NCBI GenBank assembly: GCA_963725615.1
Contig: CAVRZO010000005.1
Location: 33,710 to 97,709, forward strand
Length of the DNA: 64,000 nucleotides
From: Terriglobia bacterium
GTDB lineage: Bacteria > Acidobacteriota > Terriglobia > Terriglobales > Acidobacteriaceae
Direction: 5' to 3'
Part shown: positions 20,399 to 30,347 of the stretch, in pieces
Layout of the letters: every line of letters begins with the position of its first letter
Numbering within the stretch: the first letter of the stretch is position 1
Translations under genes and position numbers: made by a program
Notes under the pieces: model-generated
Seen by the model: the letters and a program-made list of their open reading frames with translations, nothing else
The model's database searches: none
What the model was told of the DNA's origin: nothing

Positions 20399-21430
20399 TT
20401 AGTGGATAGCCACGATGGTGGCCGCGTTCGCGGCCTGCATGCCAACCTCGACGGTGCGGGCAGCGAATGCTTTGGCGGCACTGCTGGGGACAAACAGGAT
20501 GTCGTCTGCCTTCAGGGGCATGTCCGCGACCTTGGCCTGCAGCATTTTTTTCAGCTCAACCGGCGTCAGGGTCATTCCGTCCGGCCCCTTGCGGATGATC
20601 TTGACGTCATTCATCTTGGCGAAACGAGTCGTCCCTCCCGCCAGCGCGATCACTTTCAACACGGTCAGATTTTCGCTGTCCATCAGGAATCCGCTGGGCC
20701 GGCCTACTTCTCCCACCACGTAGACGACATCCGCCTTGTGTACCAGGATCGTATCGCCGGGAGAAACCGGGATATTGCTGGCCGGATTGTCAGCCCGCTT
20801 CCGGCTCAAAGGCACAGTCACCGGCTTGTCGGACTGGTTGCGATGGGTGACGGTAATGCTCTGGCCGGCGCTGGCGGTAAAACCGCCCGCCGTAGAAATT
20901 AGGTCGAGCAAGCGCGGTTCGCCAATCACCGGATACACGCCGGGCCTGGCAACTTCGCCCAGCAGACTTACGCCTTGGGAAGCGGATTGATCAACGTTCA
21001 ACGTCACATGCGGATTCTTTACGAATCCTCCGTCGGACAGGCGCTTCTCGATCAAGGCCTGGGCTTCTTCGACGGTGAGGCCCGCCAGATGGACATAGTC
21101 GACCAGCGGCAGGTACACGTCGCCATTCGTTCCCAACCGGCTTTTGGTGGTCAGTTCGGGCACATTGTAGACACTCACTTCGAGCAGGTCCCCAACGCCC
21201 AGTTTGGGGGACGGGCCGGTTGCATCGGCTGCCGGAGGCATTTCAGGTTGATCGGGTGCGGGTACGGCCGATGGAAAAACCTGTCCCGCCGGCTTCTCCG
21301 CGGCTTTTGGTAGTTGATTTTGCGCGGAACCTCTCACACCAAGTGACAGAGTCAGAAAAAAGATAACCACGACGTATGGCAGCCCGGTCAGAATCCTGGG
21401 GAAAGACGGCATCTCTGGACCTCTTGGCAT
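20399..21430 (-). CDS. wza: outer-membrane polysaccharide export protein (Wza/OPX family: Poly_export plus SLBB domains)
   Basis: Signal-like N-terminus (PYVVVIFFLTLSLGVRGSAQ). Poly_export motif: LGVGDLLEVSVYNVPELTTKSRLGTNGDVYLPLVDYVHLAGLTVEEAQALIEKRL. SLBB repeats: VSLLGEVARPGVYPV..., VYVVGEVGRPSGF.... Confidence 0.85.
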   Translation of the reverse strand: MPRGPEMPSFPRILTGLPYVVVIFFLTLSLGVRGSAQNQLPKAAEKPAGQVFPSAVPAPDQPEMPPAADATGPSPKLGVGDLLEVSVYNVPELTTKSRLGTNGDVYLPLVDYVHLAGLTVEEAQALIEKRLSDGGFVKNPHVTLNVDQSASQGVSLLGEVARPGVYPVIGEPRLLDLISTAGGFTASAGQSITVTHRNQSDKPVTVPLSRKRADNPASNIPVSPGDTILVHKADVVYVVGEVGRPSGFLMDSENLTVLKVIALAGGTTRFAKMNDVKIIRKGPDGMTLTPVELKKMLQAKVADMPLKADDILFVPSSAAKAFAARTVEVGMQAANAATIVAIH

Positions 21431-21554
21431 GGGGACGAGAATTGAAGTCTAGCACAGCCGCACGGCGCGGAATCACTGCAAACCACGTGGTTCGTGGCGA
21501 TTCAAAAAGGGAAGGGCCGTGTTGACGTTTTCCACAACTATGTCCAAATGGCGG

Positions 21555-21584
21555 TTGCGGCCTAAATTTTCCCGCTGCTATAGT
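21555..21584 (+). promoter_or_regulatory. candidate sigma70-type promoter for the WecA-family gene
   Basis: TTGCGG (21555-21560), an 18-nt spacer, then TATAGT (21579-21584), in the 303-bp divergent spacer between the wza-like and WecA-like genes. Pattern match only. Confidence 0.3.
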
Positions 21585-21733
21585 GCAAACAAGTAGCCAC
21601 AAAACACAGAGAGTTTGTTTCTGCGGCAAGTGATGTTGGCCGTGTGCGTCCGCTTTTGCGGAATCGACGCGAACATGGCTGACACAGAGCATTTGTTTTC
21701 GAGATTGCAGACAGTGGGCCCGAGGGGGATCGG

Positions 21734-23300
21734 TTGACGCTTTTCTACCTGGGAATCTTTGCGGCCTCGGTGTTGGCTTCGTTTGTCCTGACCCGGTACA
21801 TACGCGATTTCGCTACCGCTCATGGCTGGGTAGCGGGGCCAGGCCTGGAGCGGCACTTGCACAAGCGGCCGCTTCCCCGTCTGGGTGGTGTAGCTATTTT
21901 CCTGGCGTTCCTCTTCAGCATTGGAATTGCCGGGCTGGTCGGTTGGTGGGTTCCTCGCCTTAGCCTCGGGTTTTCGTTCAAGGCGGTTCTTACCATTCTC
22001 ATTCCCGGCTCTCTGATTTTTCTGCTGGGCCTGTACGACGACCTGCATCCGGTGGGGCCGTACTTCAAGTTTCTGGTCCAGGTGCTGGCCGGCGCCATTC
22101 TGTTTGCGGGCGGACTTCGCATTCTCGACCTTCCGGTCCTGTTCAGCGGATACCATTTTTCGTGGTTTGTCAGCTTGCCGCTCACGATTCTATGGGTTCT
22201 CGGCATCACCAATGCCTTCAACCTGATTGATGGACTGGATGGACTGGCCGCTGGCTCCGCGCTGTTCTCCACCCTGGTCGTCTTCGTGGTCGCGCTCTTC
22301 AGCCATTCTTCGTTCGTTTCGGTCATGACGCTGGTGCTGGCCGGCGCTATCCTGGGCTTTCTCCGCTACAACTTCAATCCCGCGACCATTTTTCTGGGAG
22401 ACTGCGGCAGCCTGTTCGTGGGTTTCATGCTCAGCGCGCTGGCGCTGCAAGGCATGCAGAAGTCGCCGACCATCGTGGCCGTCGCCATTCCTGTGGTTTC
22501 GTTCGGGCTGCCTATTCTGGAGACGGCTCTTTCGGTGGCGCGGCGTCTCATCAGCGGCCGGCCGGTATTTACCGGAGACCGCGAGCACATCCATCACAAA
22601 CTTCTGCAGCGCGGGCTTTCGCAGCGGCAGGTGGTGACGCGTCCTTTACGGCGTCTCCGCGATCTTTGCCATGCTCAGTCTGTTCCTGCTCTGGCCCACG
22701 GGCAGCACGTTGGGCTTGGTGCTGGCGGTGCTGGGTATCGGGATATGGATGGGCGTGCAGCACCTGAACTATCTGGAATTCGGAGAACTCCGCCGCGTTG
22801 CCCAGCGCGCTCTGGAGCAGCGGCTTATTTTCATCAACAACCTGGCAATTCGCCGGGCCACTGAAGAGCTTCGAGTGGCTTCCGATTTCGAGCAGCTCTG
22901 CCGGATTCTCGAAGCCGCATTCAACAGCAATGACTTCGATGCTTTTGAACTGCGGCTGCTGCGGCCCGCGGACGGGCTGGCTGACCCTCAAGTTCTCCAG
23001 ATCGTCTCCGATGAAAAAGTGGACTTCCGCTGGAAGAGGCCGGGCAGCCGCTTCAGCAAGGAAACAATTCCCGCGTGGAGTCTGGCGCTCGGCCTGGTCG
23101 CGGCCAACAATCACCGGCGCGGTTCCCTCATCCTGCACCGGCTCTATGGCGGTGGCGATCTACAGCTCGACGTAAATCTTCTGACCTCGGTCTTCCCCGA
23201 GGCCCTGGCCGACGCGTTGGAGAGGATTGAAGATCACGCACTCGAAGTCGCTGCCTCGCAAGAGGAGCAGGCTCCGGTTGTGGAAGCTCGCGCCAGCTAG
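21734..23300 (+). pseudogene. polyprenyl-phosphate HexNAc-1-phosphate transferase (MraY/WecA/WbpL family) with a C-terminal extension of about 175 aa, frame-disrupted as assembled (1 break near 22640)
   Basis: (TTG)TLFYLGIFAASVL...HKRPLPRLGGVAIFL...ITNAFNLIDGLDGLAAG...NPATIFLGDCGSLFVGF...DREHIHHKLLQRGLSQRQVV|LYGVSAIFAMLSLFLL.... A soluble tail then follows: EFGELRRVAQRALEQRLIF...LLRPADGLADPQVLQ... Confidence 0.8.
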
Positions 23301-23323
23301 CTCAAGCAGCGGGTAGGAAGCAA

Positions 23324-25451
23324 TCATTTCTTACTCTGCTGAGCAAGACGGTAAACCGCAATTTCACCAGTCTTCCGCCACGGTGTCGCCGAGGTTGAAG
23401 TTCCCCGCATTGCATCACCCGAGACAACGACCCACTGAACATGGTCTTTTGCAAGTCGTGTGGAGGCCGCGTCAGTGGCGTCGCCTCTGACGAAGGACGC
23501 AACGTCGTCGCGTCTTTGTTCATACAGATGCTCTGCCTGGGTGAGCACCCCTGCTGGATCACTGCCACCAAGCCCGGGAACGGCGAAGAATTTTGAGTAC
23601 GGTTCGGAGGAAAAATAACCGTCGAGACCGGTCAACGCCATCACTGCAAAATTGGTAGATTCCGTGGGAGCGCCCCAGATGGGGGTTGCGGTAAGCTCGC
23701 TCGGCACATAGGCGACGACGTCATCGGGCGCAGCCGTCAAGCGAATATCCTGCAAGGCGCGCACCGTATCCTGGCCGAAGACAACTTTGTGGGAGAAATT
23801 GAATGCACCCAGTGCCTGCACCCACGTCAGCCCGAGGATTCCCCAGAGAGCGATTGCGCGCCAGCGTCTCTCTTCCTTGTTCAATCCACGTATTGATCGG
23901 ACGAAGCGAGAAGAGGCCAAGAATCCAGAGTGTGGGCTGAAGAAAAACGATGCCTACGCCGCCAAAGGCTTGATAAGGGAAAAACATTCCGATCACAAAC
24001 GACAAGGCGAAGGCGAGGGCGAACACCATTGCCATGGCTCGACGGCGATCTTCGCCGAGATCGAGGCGCGTCATCGGCCCCAGCCCAAATAGTTTGATCC
24101 CGTAAGCGAGAATCGGAAACACGATCAGGGAAACCCACGGAACGACCGCCCCTGGCATCACTTGGCTGAGCGATGTGCCCCAGGTCGCAGTGGAAAATTG
24201 GAGGTTCGGACCGCGAAAGGGAAAGCCCGGTGCCGTGTTATGAAATCCTGCTATCAGCATCCCGCCCGTTACGGGCAAGCTGCCCAAGAAAATGAATAGA
24301 GCGAGCCAGCCGAGGTCGCACGCGTCGGATTGTCTGCGCTGCAAGAACAAAATGACACTGCCGAAAACTGCCGCGACGCCGAAGGTCGCCGCAAGGGTAA
24401 AGTTGAATCCGGCCATCAGCCCCAACAACAATCCTGCCAGAAGCCAGTCGCGCCGGGAGCGCTCTGAGCGCAAAAGGATGTTGATCGCCGCGAAGCAGAT
24501 GAAGAGGCTGTGGTAGTGTGCCGGCCGATGTACCAGCGGCAGAATGGAATCCATGCCGTCCCAGGAGGTCCAGTCCGTAAAGAGTGCCGCCCGCATCGCG
24601 GCAAACTGCGATGCGTGGGAGGCAGTCTGAACAACGCCGAAGAACCATCCTAGTCCGCCGCCACCGAGCAGGAGCAGCAGGCCCAGCATGCCGCCTCTCA
24701 CCGATCCCAGCAATTGCCTGCCCGTGCGATAGGCCAGCGCGCCGAGAAGGAAATACACAACGAGCGGATAACACCTGTAATACAAATCAAACACATCGGT
24801 TGCGCCAAGATGCAGAGCGCTTTGCACGCGCAGAAGAAGCGCAAGCGCGAGGTCGTCGAAGTAGTGGTAGATGGGCGCCCTGAGGCCCGAAAAAATAAAG
24901 TTGTCGGGAGGCACGTGATGCAGGAGCCGTTGCAGCAGCGTCACATGGTACAGGTGATCGTGTCCGGCGGGTCCGTAGAAAACGAACTCGCCATCTGAGA
25001 ACCGGCCGCTTCTCCAGAAGAGAGGAGCAATGCTCAGGGCCGCGGCACATCCTGCCGTCACGGTCTCATACCCTTCATGTGTCCATTGTGTAATAGATCG
25101 CGTGTGCCTGGCCTGTAGAGCGAAGAGGACCATTCCCACGACCGAAAGCGCAGCCGACAGGTAGGGAAAGTATGCGGCGATGGAAGCGCGCGCAAAAATA
25201 TCATAGGCCGTCGTGAGGCTCACGATCCCAACGACGGGGCTTAGTAGCGTCCGAACGCTGCCCCGCAGGCTGCTCGATAGGGTCAACAGCAGGTAACCTG
25301 GGAAAAAGAAGACAACGAGAAAAACCAGAATGCCTAAGGCCGCACCTTCCGCATGATTGGACAAGGCAAGTGGGACAAGCAGCAACAGGAATAGGAGCGA
25401 TAAGCCTTGAAGGAATCCAAAACGACTGGCTTGACCGGCACTCTGCGCCAT
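23324..25451 (-). pseudogene. large polytopic membrane protein (about 709 aa) with C-terminal extracytoplasmic domain, function unknown; frame-disrupted as assembled (1 break near 23880)
   Basis: ORFs 23721-25451 and 23324-23920 join at ...RPINTWIEQ|..EERRWRAIALWGILGLTW.... The N-terminal ~570 aa contains more than 12 hydrophobic segments. The C-terminal ~170 aa is soluble. No family motif recognised. Confidence 0.5.
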
Positions 25452-25587
25452 CGAGGTAAAGAGACTATAGCAAATGGGCAGGGAACCAGTTAGGCGTGTG
25501 GAATAGCGCTCCGACTGAATCCGAAGTCAGCTCGACCCTTCACAATTCACTGCTGAACTATCAACTTGAGCGTTGCCAGCCGTTCGA

Positions 25588-25622
25588 GAAGGCGGAGTTG
25601 ATGCTCCGCCTTCCCGGTTTTT
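25588..25622. terminator. GC-rich hairpin with flanking T-run (A-run on the other strand), downstream of the Pro/Ala-rich gene
   Basis: GAAGGCGGAG (25588-25597), loop TTGATG, CTCCGCCTTC (25604-25613): a perfect 10-bp stem. It is followed by ccggTTTTT (to 25622). The T-run is on the plus strand while the nearest upstream gene is on the minus strand, so the direction of action is uncertain. Confidence 0.35.
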
Positions 25623-25675
25623 ACTCGATCCTGACGAACCGATCCCACTTGTTTCCGAAATACACTCGCTTTGTC

Positions 25676-26785
25676 CTAGGCAATTTTGCGTGGTTCCTGT
25701 TTGCCCCGGGCGGTGTTTGCTTCGTTCGTGCTGGCTTCGTCCGCGATGACGTCATGCATGCCAACCTCATTGGTAAAAGAGAGATTTGGACTACCGTCGC
25801 GCTCCAGCATTTTCCGCTTTCTCCACCTGCCGATCAGCGGGGCCGTCGTGCCTAAGACGATTACCAGCACGACAAATGTGATCAACAGCGTCAGAGAGCC
25901 GGCCCTGTGCCTCACCGGGGCAGGCGCAATTGCGGCTGCATCCGGAGGGCTCACGGTTTCCGGCGACGGAGTGGCAGGCGCAGCGGGTGTTGCTGCATCC
26001 TGAGCCGCCCGTGTGACAGGTTCCGGGGACGGGCTGACGGTCGCAGCGGGTGCAGTGTCAGCTGCAGTATCGGCTGCGGTCTGCTTGGCTGCGAGTTTGT
26101 GAGTGCGGGCTGACGGTCGCGGGGCAGGAGCTTCCTCCACAACGCGCGAAGTCACGGTCGGTGCAGATGGACTGACCGTCGTTGCAGGTGCGGCCGTCTG
26201 TACCGCAGGTGTCGTGGTCGGTGCTGGTGCTGGCGCCGATGCAGCTGCAGCTGCCGGTGCTGGTGCAGCTGCTGGTTCCGTGGTTACCGTAGCGGCGGGT
26301 GCAGCAGGTTCCACAACCGGCGCGGTGGTCGTCGCCGCAGGCGGGGTCGCCGGTGCAGGCGGTGCAGCCGCGGCATCCGGAGCTGGTGCGCTGGCAGCTG
26401 CGGGTGGGGCGGCGGCCGCGTCCGGCGGGATCGAAGTCTGCGGAGACGGATCCACGGCCGCGGCGGGTGCAGCAGCGGCAGCCGCGGCACAGTGTTCAGA
26501 GATCATGCTTACTTCACTCGCGGTAAGGCTGTTCGCCGCCCCGGTGGCTTTGTTTCCCGTGAGTTTCACGTCATGGCCGAGATGTGCCTTGAGATCGATA
26601 CTGCTGCTGGTGATCTTGAAAAGTTGACCAGTGCCGTCCTCTACAACGGTGTAGTTGCCCTCAGATCCACCCAGGCAACCCTTAACGCTGGCCGGGCCCG
26701 TGTTGCCACTGGCGTCGGGAGTCTGCGCAAGTCCCAAAGTCACCAGCATGGCCGATACAACCATCACTAGGAATACGCGTTTCAT
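25676..26785 (-). CDS. single-pass membrane protein with signal peptide, small N-terminal domain and a Pro/Ala/Thr-rich low-complexity spacer of about 200 aa
   Basis: MKRVFLVMVVSAMLVTLGLAQ (signal). Then VKGCLGGSEGNYTVVEDGTGQLFKITSSSIDLKAHLGHDVKLTG. A long run follows (AAPAAA/APAPA/TT). Then TM LTLLITFVVLVIVLGTTAPLI and a basic/acidic tail RWRKRKMLERDG.... Confidence 0.6.
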   Translation of the reverse strand: MKRVFLVMVVSAMLVTLGLAQTPDASGNTGPASVKGCLGGSEGNYTVVEDGTGQLFKITSSSIDLKAHLGHDVKLTGNKATGAANSLTASEVSMISEHCAAAAAAAPAAAVDPSPQTSIPPDAAAAPPAAASAPAPDAAAAPPAPATPPAATTTAPVVEPAAPAATVTTEPAAAPAPAAAAASAPAPAPTTTPAVQTAAPATTVSPSAPTVTSRVVEEAPAPRPSARTHKLAAKQTAADTAADTAPAATVSPSPEPVTRAAQDAATPAAPATPSPETVSPPDAAAIAPAPVRHRAGSLTLLITFVVLVIVLGTTAPLIGRWRKRKMLERDGSPNLSFTNEVGMHDVIADEASTNEANTARGKQEPRKIA

Positions 26786-27050
26786 GGAATCCTCCTGAAA
26801 TTCCCGCCGTGCGGCGGTCAGGTTTCACTTGGGATTTGATTTTGCTGTCGGTTCTTGCGCAGAACTTTCGCGCGTTGTGCACCGGTGAACTCCGGCCTGG
26901 GAACCTGGAGCATCCAGAGTGGAACAGCACCAAGCTATCTGTTATGGATTTGAGTGTCTGTGCACAATCGCTCACATTCGATAGAACAACACTCAAGAAG
27001 AAGGGGGTCCGGCGGGCGAACACCGACGAAGGCGAATCTTCCGTTCGGCT

Positions 27051-28058
27051 TTACTGCGTCTTGATCGTTGCAGCAACTTCGGCCACTCGCTGATACGACT
27101 GCAGCCGGTCGGCGGGCTCGTAAGTATCGGTCACCACGATGACCTCGTCGGCGCCCGTATCACTCACCAGTTTCTCCAGACCCGCCTGCACCGTGGCATT
27201 CGATCCCACAATCGCCTCGCGCAGCCTGCTTTCCACTGCCGCGCGCTCCAAGTCCTGCCACAGCGGCTCCATGGAATCCACCGGAGGCAATAATTCCACC
27301 GGCTGGTTTCGGATCAGTCGCAGAAAGCGTTGCTGCGGTGTCGTGAACAAGCGCCGCGCTGCCGCGTCAGTCTCCGCCGCGATCACCTGTACGGCGACCA
27401 TGAGATACGGTTTCCGCAACCCTTCGCTCGGACGGAACTGCTCGCGGTAAAGTTGCGCCGCGGCGTACAAATACTCCGGAGCAAAGTGCGCTGCGAAAGC
27501 AAACGGTAGACCAAGCATTCCTGCCAGTTGGGCACTAAAGCCGCTCGATCCCAGCAGCGTGATAGGCACATTGCTGCCTTGTCCGGGAATGGCCTTCACC
27601 GTTTGTCCCGGCTTCTCCGGCCCCAGGTATGTCCGAAGTTCCTGCAGAAGAGCGGGGAATTCGTCTCCATTCTGACGCAAGTCTCGTCGCAGCGCCCGCA
27701 TGGTGTGACCGTCACTGCCGGGAGCGCGTCCCAATCCGAGATCGATTCGTCCCGGATACATCGCTTCCAGAGTTCCAAACTGTTCCGCTACCACCAGCGG
27801 CGCGTGATTGGGCAGCATCACTCCGCCGCTGCCCACCCGAATGGTCTTCGTCGCTCCTGCCACATGCCCAATCAGCACAGCCGTCGCGGCGCAGGCCAGT
27901 CCAGCGATGGAATGGTGCTCGGCCAGCCAATATCGCTTGTATCCCAACTGTTCGACGTGTCGCGCCAGCTCCACCGACCGGGCGATGGCGCTGCCCGCGG
28001 ACTCGCCGGCTCTCATGCCGACAAGGTCCAGTACCGAAACCGCTAGTCCCTTATCCAT
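27051..28058 (-). CDS. LLM-class (luciferase-like) flavin-dependent oxidoreductase
   Basis: ...[84 protein letters not shown].... This is the characteristic YhbW/LLM family signature. Confidence 0.85.
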   Translation of the reverse strand: MDKGLAVSVLDLVGMRAGESAGSAIARSVELARHVEQLGYKRYWLAEHHSIAGLACAATAVLIGHVAGATKTIRVGSGGVMLPNHAPLVVAEQFGTLEAMYPGRIDLGLGRAPGSDGHTMRALRRDLRQNGDEFPALLQELRTYLGPEKPGQTVKAIPGQGSNVPITLLGSSGFSAQLAGMLGLPFAFAAHFAPEYLYAAAQLYREQFRPSEGLRKPYLMVAVQVIAAETDAAARRLFTTPQQRFLRLIRNQPVELLPPVDSMEPLWQDLERAAVESRLREAIVGSNATVQAGLEKLVSDTGADEVIVVTDTYEPADRLQSYQRVAEVAATIKTQ

Positions 28059-28113
28059 GATTATTCAGACCCATGATGAATTAGATGAACCGGTGGGGAA
28101 AGCGATGCGGCCC

Positions 28114-28665
28114 TTACCTGCGGGTGCTGGCGAAGCTGCCTTTGATGTAGCGGTAAAACCTGACCCGGCCGCGGCCTTTCCAGTACGGCGCGTCGTAAGC
28201 GTCGGTGCCAAGCCCCGAACGCAGAGCGCTGAAGAAGACGTGACCTGCGGGATTGACCACGATGCCTGCGTGTCCCTGCCAGACCACCAGATCGCCGGCC
28301 TGGGGATGGCTCACGCGTTGAAACTCACGCGTCCCGTCATAAAGATCCGCGGAAGGCGCGTAACTGTAGGGAAAACCTGCGCGACTATAGATTGCGTGAA
28401 CCAGGTGTGAACAATCAGGCTCGCGGTCCACACGGACGCGGGTGTCCAGGGCAGCCGCAATCACCGCCAATCCGTCATCCGGGGTCAAAGTCCGAACGCG
28501 TCCCGGGGATCGGCTGGAGCGGACAGTATCCTCGCTGGTGCGGCTAACTGGGCGCGGACGGGCGGATTGTGCCAGTGAGGCGTCGGCAGCAAGTCCGCAC
28601 AAAACCAACAAGGCCATCGCGCTCTTGGGGTTAAGCCGCATGCTCCTATTATGATGCCGTCTCAA
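28114..28665 (-). CDS. NlpC/P60 (C40) family peptidase-like secreted protein
   Basis: Signal-like MRLNPKSAMALLVLCGLAADASLAQ (alternative start 28641). Catalytic-Cys context DCSHLVHAIYSRAGFPY. Then ...GDLVVWQGHAGIVVNP.... Confidence 0.7.
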   Translation of the reverse strand: MRRHHNRSMRLNPKSAMALLVLCGLAADASLAQSARPRPVSRTSEDTVRSSRSPGRVRTLTPDDGLAVIAAALDTRVRVDREPDCSHLVHAIYSRAGFPYSYAPSADLYDGTREFQRVSHPQAGDLVVWQGHAGIVVNPAGHVFFSALRSGLGTDAYDAPYWKGRGRVRFYRYIKGSFASTRR

Positions 28666-28761
28666 GCGGAGGCGCCGGTAACGATGGTGCTACGACAACT
28701 CGGGCAGGGTTTACCAGCAACCAACGACGGCCCACTCGACCGGTAGAGAACCGGAAGGAGT

Positions 28762-29458
28762 CTAAGCGACCGGAAGAAGCCCGCTGGCGCGAATCGCATC
28801 CACGGCTTCGTGGCGGTCCTCGGCGTCAACTTCTCTCATGACACGCCGGATGTGGTTTTTCACCGTGAATTCGGAAAGATTCAGGTTCACCGCAATCTCT
28901 TTGTTGGTCAGACCTCTTTCCACCAGCCGCATGAGTTCAAGCTGGCGCGCAGTCAGGCAATACTTGGTGCTTCCCGGTGCAGTCTCCGAGCTTGGCCCTC
29001 ATCCGGTATTCGTGGGACAGGTGACGTCCCAAATCCATGCACAGCTGTGGAGGCCAGGCGGCTTCTCCCTGGGCCACGGCCCGCACGGCGGCGATGATCT
29101 CCGAAGCCGAGGCGTCCTTCAGCAAGTAGCCGCTCACGCCACAGTAGGCCGACTTCAGAAACACGCCCGCATCTTTGTCCATTCCGAAGAGGACAACCTT
29201 GACTTCCGGAACCTTCTCGAAGAGGTCGCCGAGCAAGATCATGTCCTCGGTGGTGGCCACGGAGTCCATGAGCAGAATGGAGCAGCGCGAGGCACAAATC
29301 TCAGCCACCGAGGACTCGGTGTACCGGCTCACCCCGACCACGGAGATGCCCCCGCGCTTCTGCAGCAGACGCGCCAAGGTTTCTCGTAGCAGGCGATTCT
29401 CGGCTAGTAGATAAACGTTCAAGCTTGCGGGAGGTACGTCGTTGCTAATCTGCACCAC
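28762..29458 (-). pseudogene. NarL/FixJ-type response regulator (receiver plus LuxR HTH), frame-disrupted as assembled (1 break near 28975)
   Basis: Receiver: VYLLAENRLLRETLARLL...ILLMDSV...GVSGYLLKDASASEIIAAVRAVAQGE (ORF 28937-29458). The HTH comes from my translation of the next frame: LTARQLELMRLVERGLTNKEIAVNLNLSEFTVKNHIRRVMREVDAEDRHEAVDAIRASGLLPVA*, stop 28762-28764. Confidence 0.8.
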
Positions 29459-29910
29459 TGATCAGTCCACCTGTAAGACCCGACTGAACGTCAGGAAGGT
29501 TGTAAACTCGCAGCTACCACAACGGGGAACGCCTCTCTGATTGATCAAATCCTATGAGGTAACCATCTTCTGTGTCAACAAAATAAAGATTCCGATGCGG
29601 CTGATCGAGGACTTCGATTCGTTGAAAAGGACGTACAATCCGCCACCCAGAAGTGATTTTTTTCTGTTGGTTCCCCTGCACTGCGCACAAATTCGATTGA
29701 TGGCGTGGACTAGATGCAGGGACTAGAGTTCGGGTTGGTCAGGACTACTCCCCACTAGTCCGGGGGCTCACAGCCCCGGCTCGGCTTGGTACCTAGCGCG
29801 CCACTGTCGTGGGCACTGGCAGGCACCTTTCCATAAGGCGAAATCCATCCTTCGTTGAGCCTTAGATTTTCGTCGCCTATCGGCCGATACTTGGAAGTGT
29901 CCATGAGGAG

Positions 29911-30333
29911 ATGGCGATGAACAAGGCGGTCCGCATTCTCGTGGCTAATCGTCCCAAGGTCATGCGAGAGGCGCTTCTGGGGACGCTCTCGGATCAAACC
30001 TGGATCGAGGTGGTCGGAGAAGTCGCGAATGACGCCGACATTCCTGATTCCGTGAGCAAGACATTGCCCGACCTGCTGGTGATTGCAGTCGATGGTCCGG
30101 GGAAACGGCCCGCGCTATGCGACGTGCTGCTGCAAGAGCATCCCAATCTGCGTATTATCGCGGTAGCTCCATATCAGAACTACGGTGTTTGTTATTGGGC
30201 CTCGCTGGATATTCACTCCGACGACATCGAGCCTTCGGAGGCGGGTTTCCTCAGCGCGGTGCGTGGTGTAGCTGAAGGAGTGGGAGTGGAGTTCGAGCCT
30301 GAAACACCGGCGAACGCGAGGATCTTAAACTGA
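29911..30333 (+). CDS. stand-alone receiver-like (CheY-like) domain protein, atypical
   Basis: VRILVANRPKVMREALLGTL...IEVVGEVANDAD...PDLLVIAVDGPG...NLRIIAVAP. Receiver-like alternation with a central Asp (VIAVD), but no N-terminal acidic pair and no output domain. ATG 29917 is an alternative start with better spacing from GAGGAG. Confidence 0.5.
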   Translation: MAMNKAVRILVANRPKVMREALLGTLSDQTWIEVVGEVANDADIPDSVSKTLPDLLVIAVDGPGKRPALCDVLLQEHPNLRIIAVAPYQNYGVCYWASLDIHSDDIEPSEAGFLSAVRGVAEGVGVEFEPETPANARILN

Positions 30334-30347
30334 ACGGGGGCTGGACC

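Noticed and set aside
21550-21557. GGCGGTTG, one mismatch from the enterobacterial ops element (GGCGGTAG), in the leader of the WecA-like gene
   Set aside because: It is a single 8-mer with a mismatch in GC-rich DNA and is expected by chance. ops/RfaH dependence is established for Enterobacteria, not for this lineage, and no JUMPstart context is visible.
25496-25855. 119-aa plus-strand ORF
   Set aside because: It overlaps the 3' end of the Pro/Ala-rich gene in antisense and contains the 25588-25613 hairpin. No motifs.
26103-26627. 174-aa plus-strand Ala/Gly-rich ORF
   Set aside because: It is the mirror image of the Pro/Ala-rich low-complexity region of the minus-strand gene 25676-26785. 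The minus-strand gene has a signal peptide, a folded N-terminal domain and a TM anchor, whereas this ORF has no start context or features.
29541-29726. 61-aa ORF in the AT-richer part of the divergent spacer
   Set aside because: It has no SD and no recognisable features, and its composition differs from all confident genes. It is more likely non-coding promoter DNA.
29700-29800. Hairpin-rich segment that might be a tRNA or small RNA
   Set aside because: There is no cloverleaf, no T-loop GTTCRANNC-type motif and no terminator-like T-run. It is kept only as a possible regulatory structure within the spacer finding.
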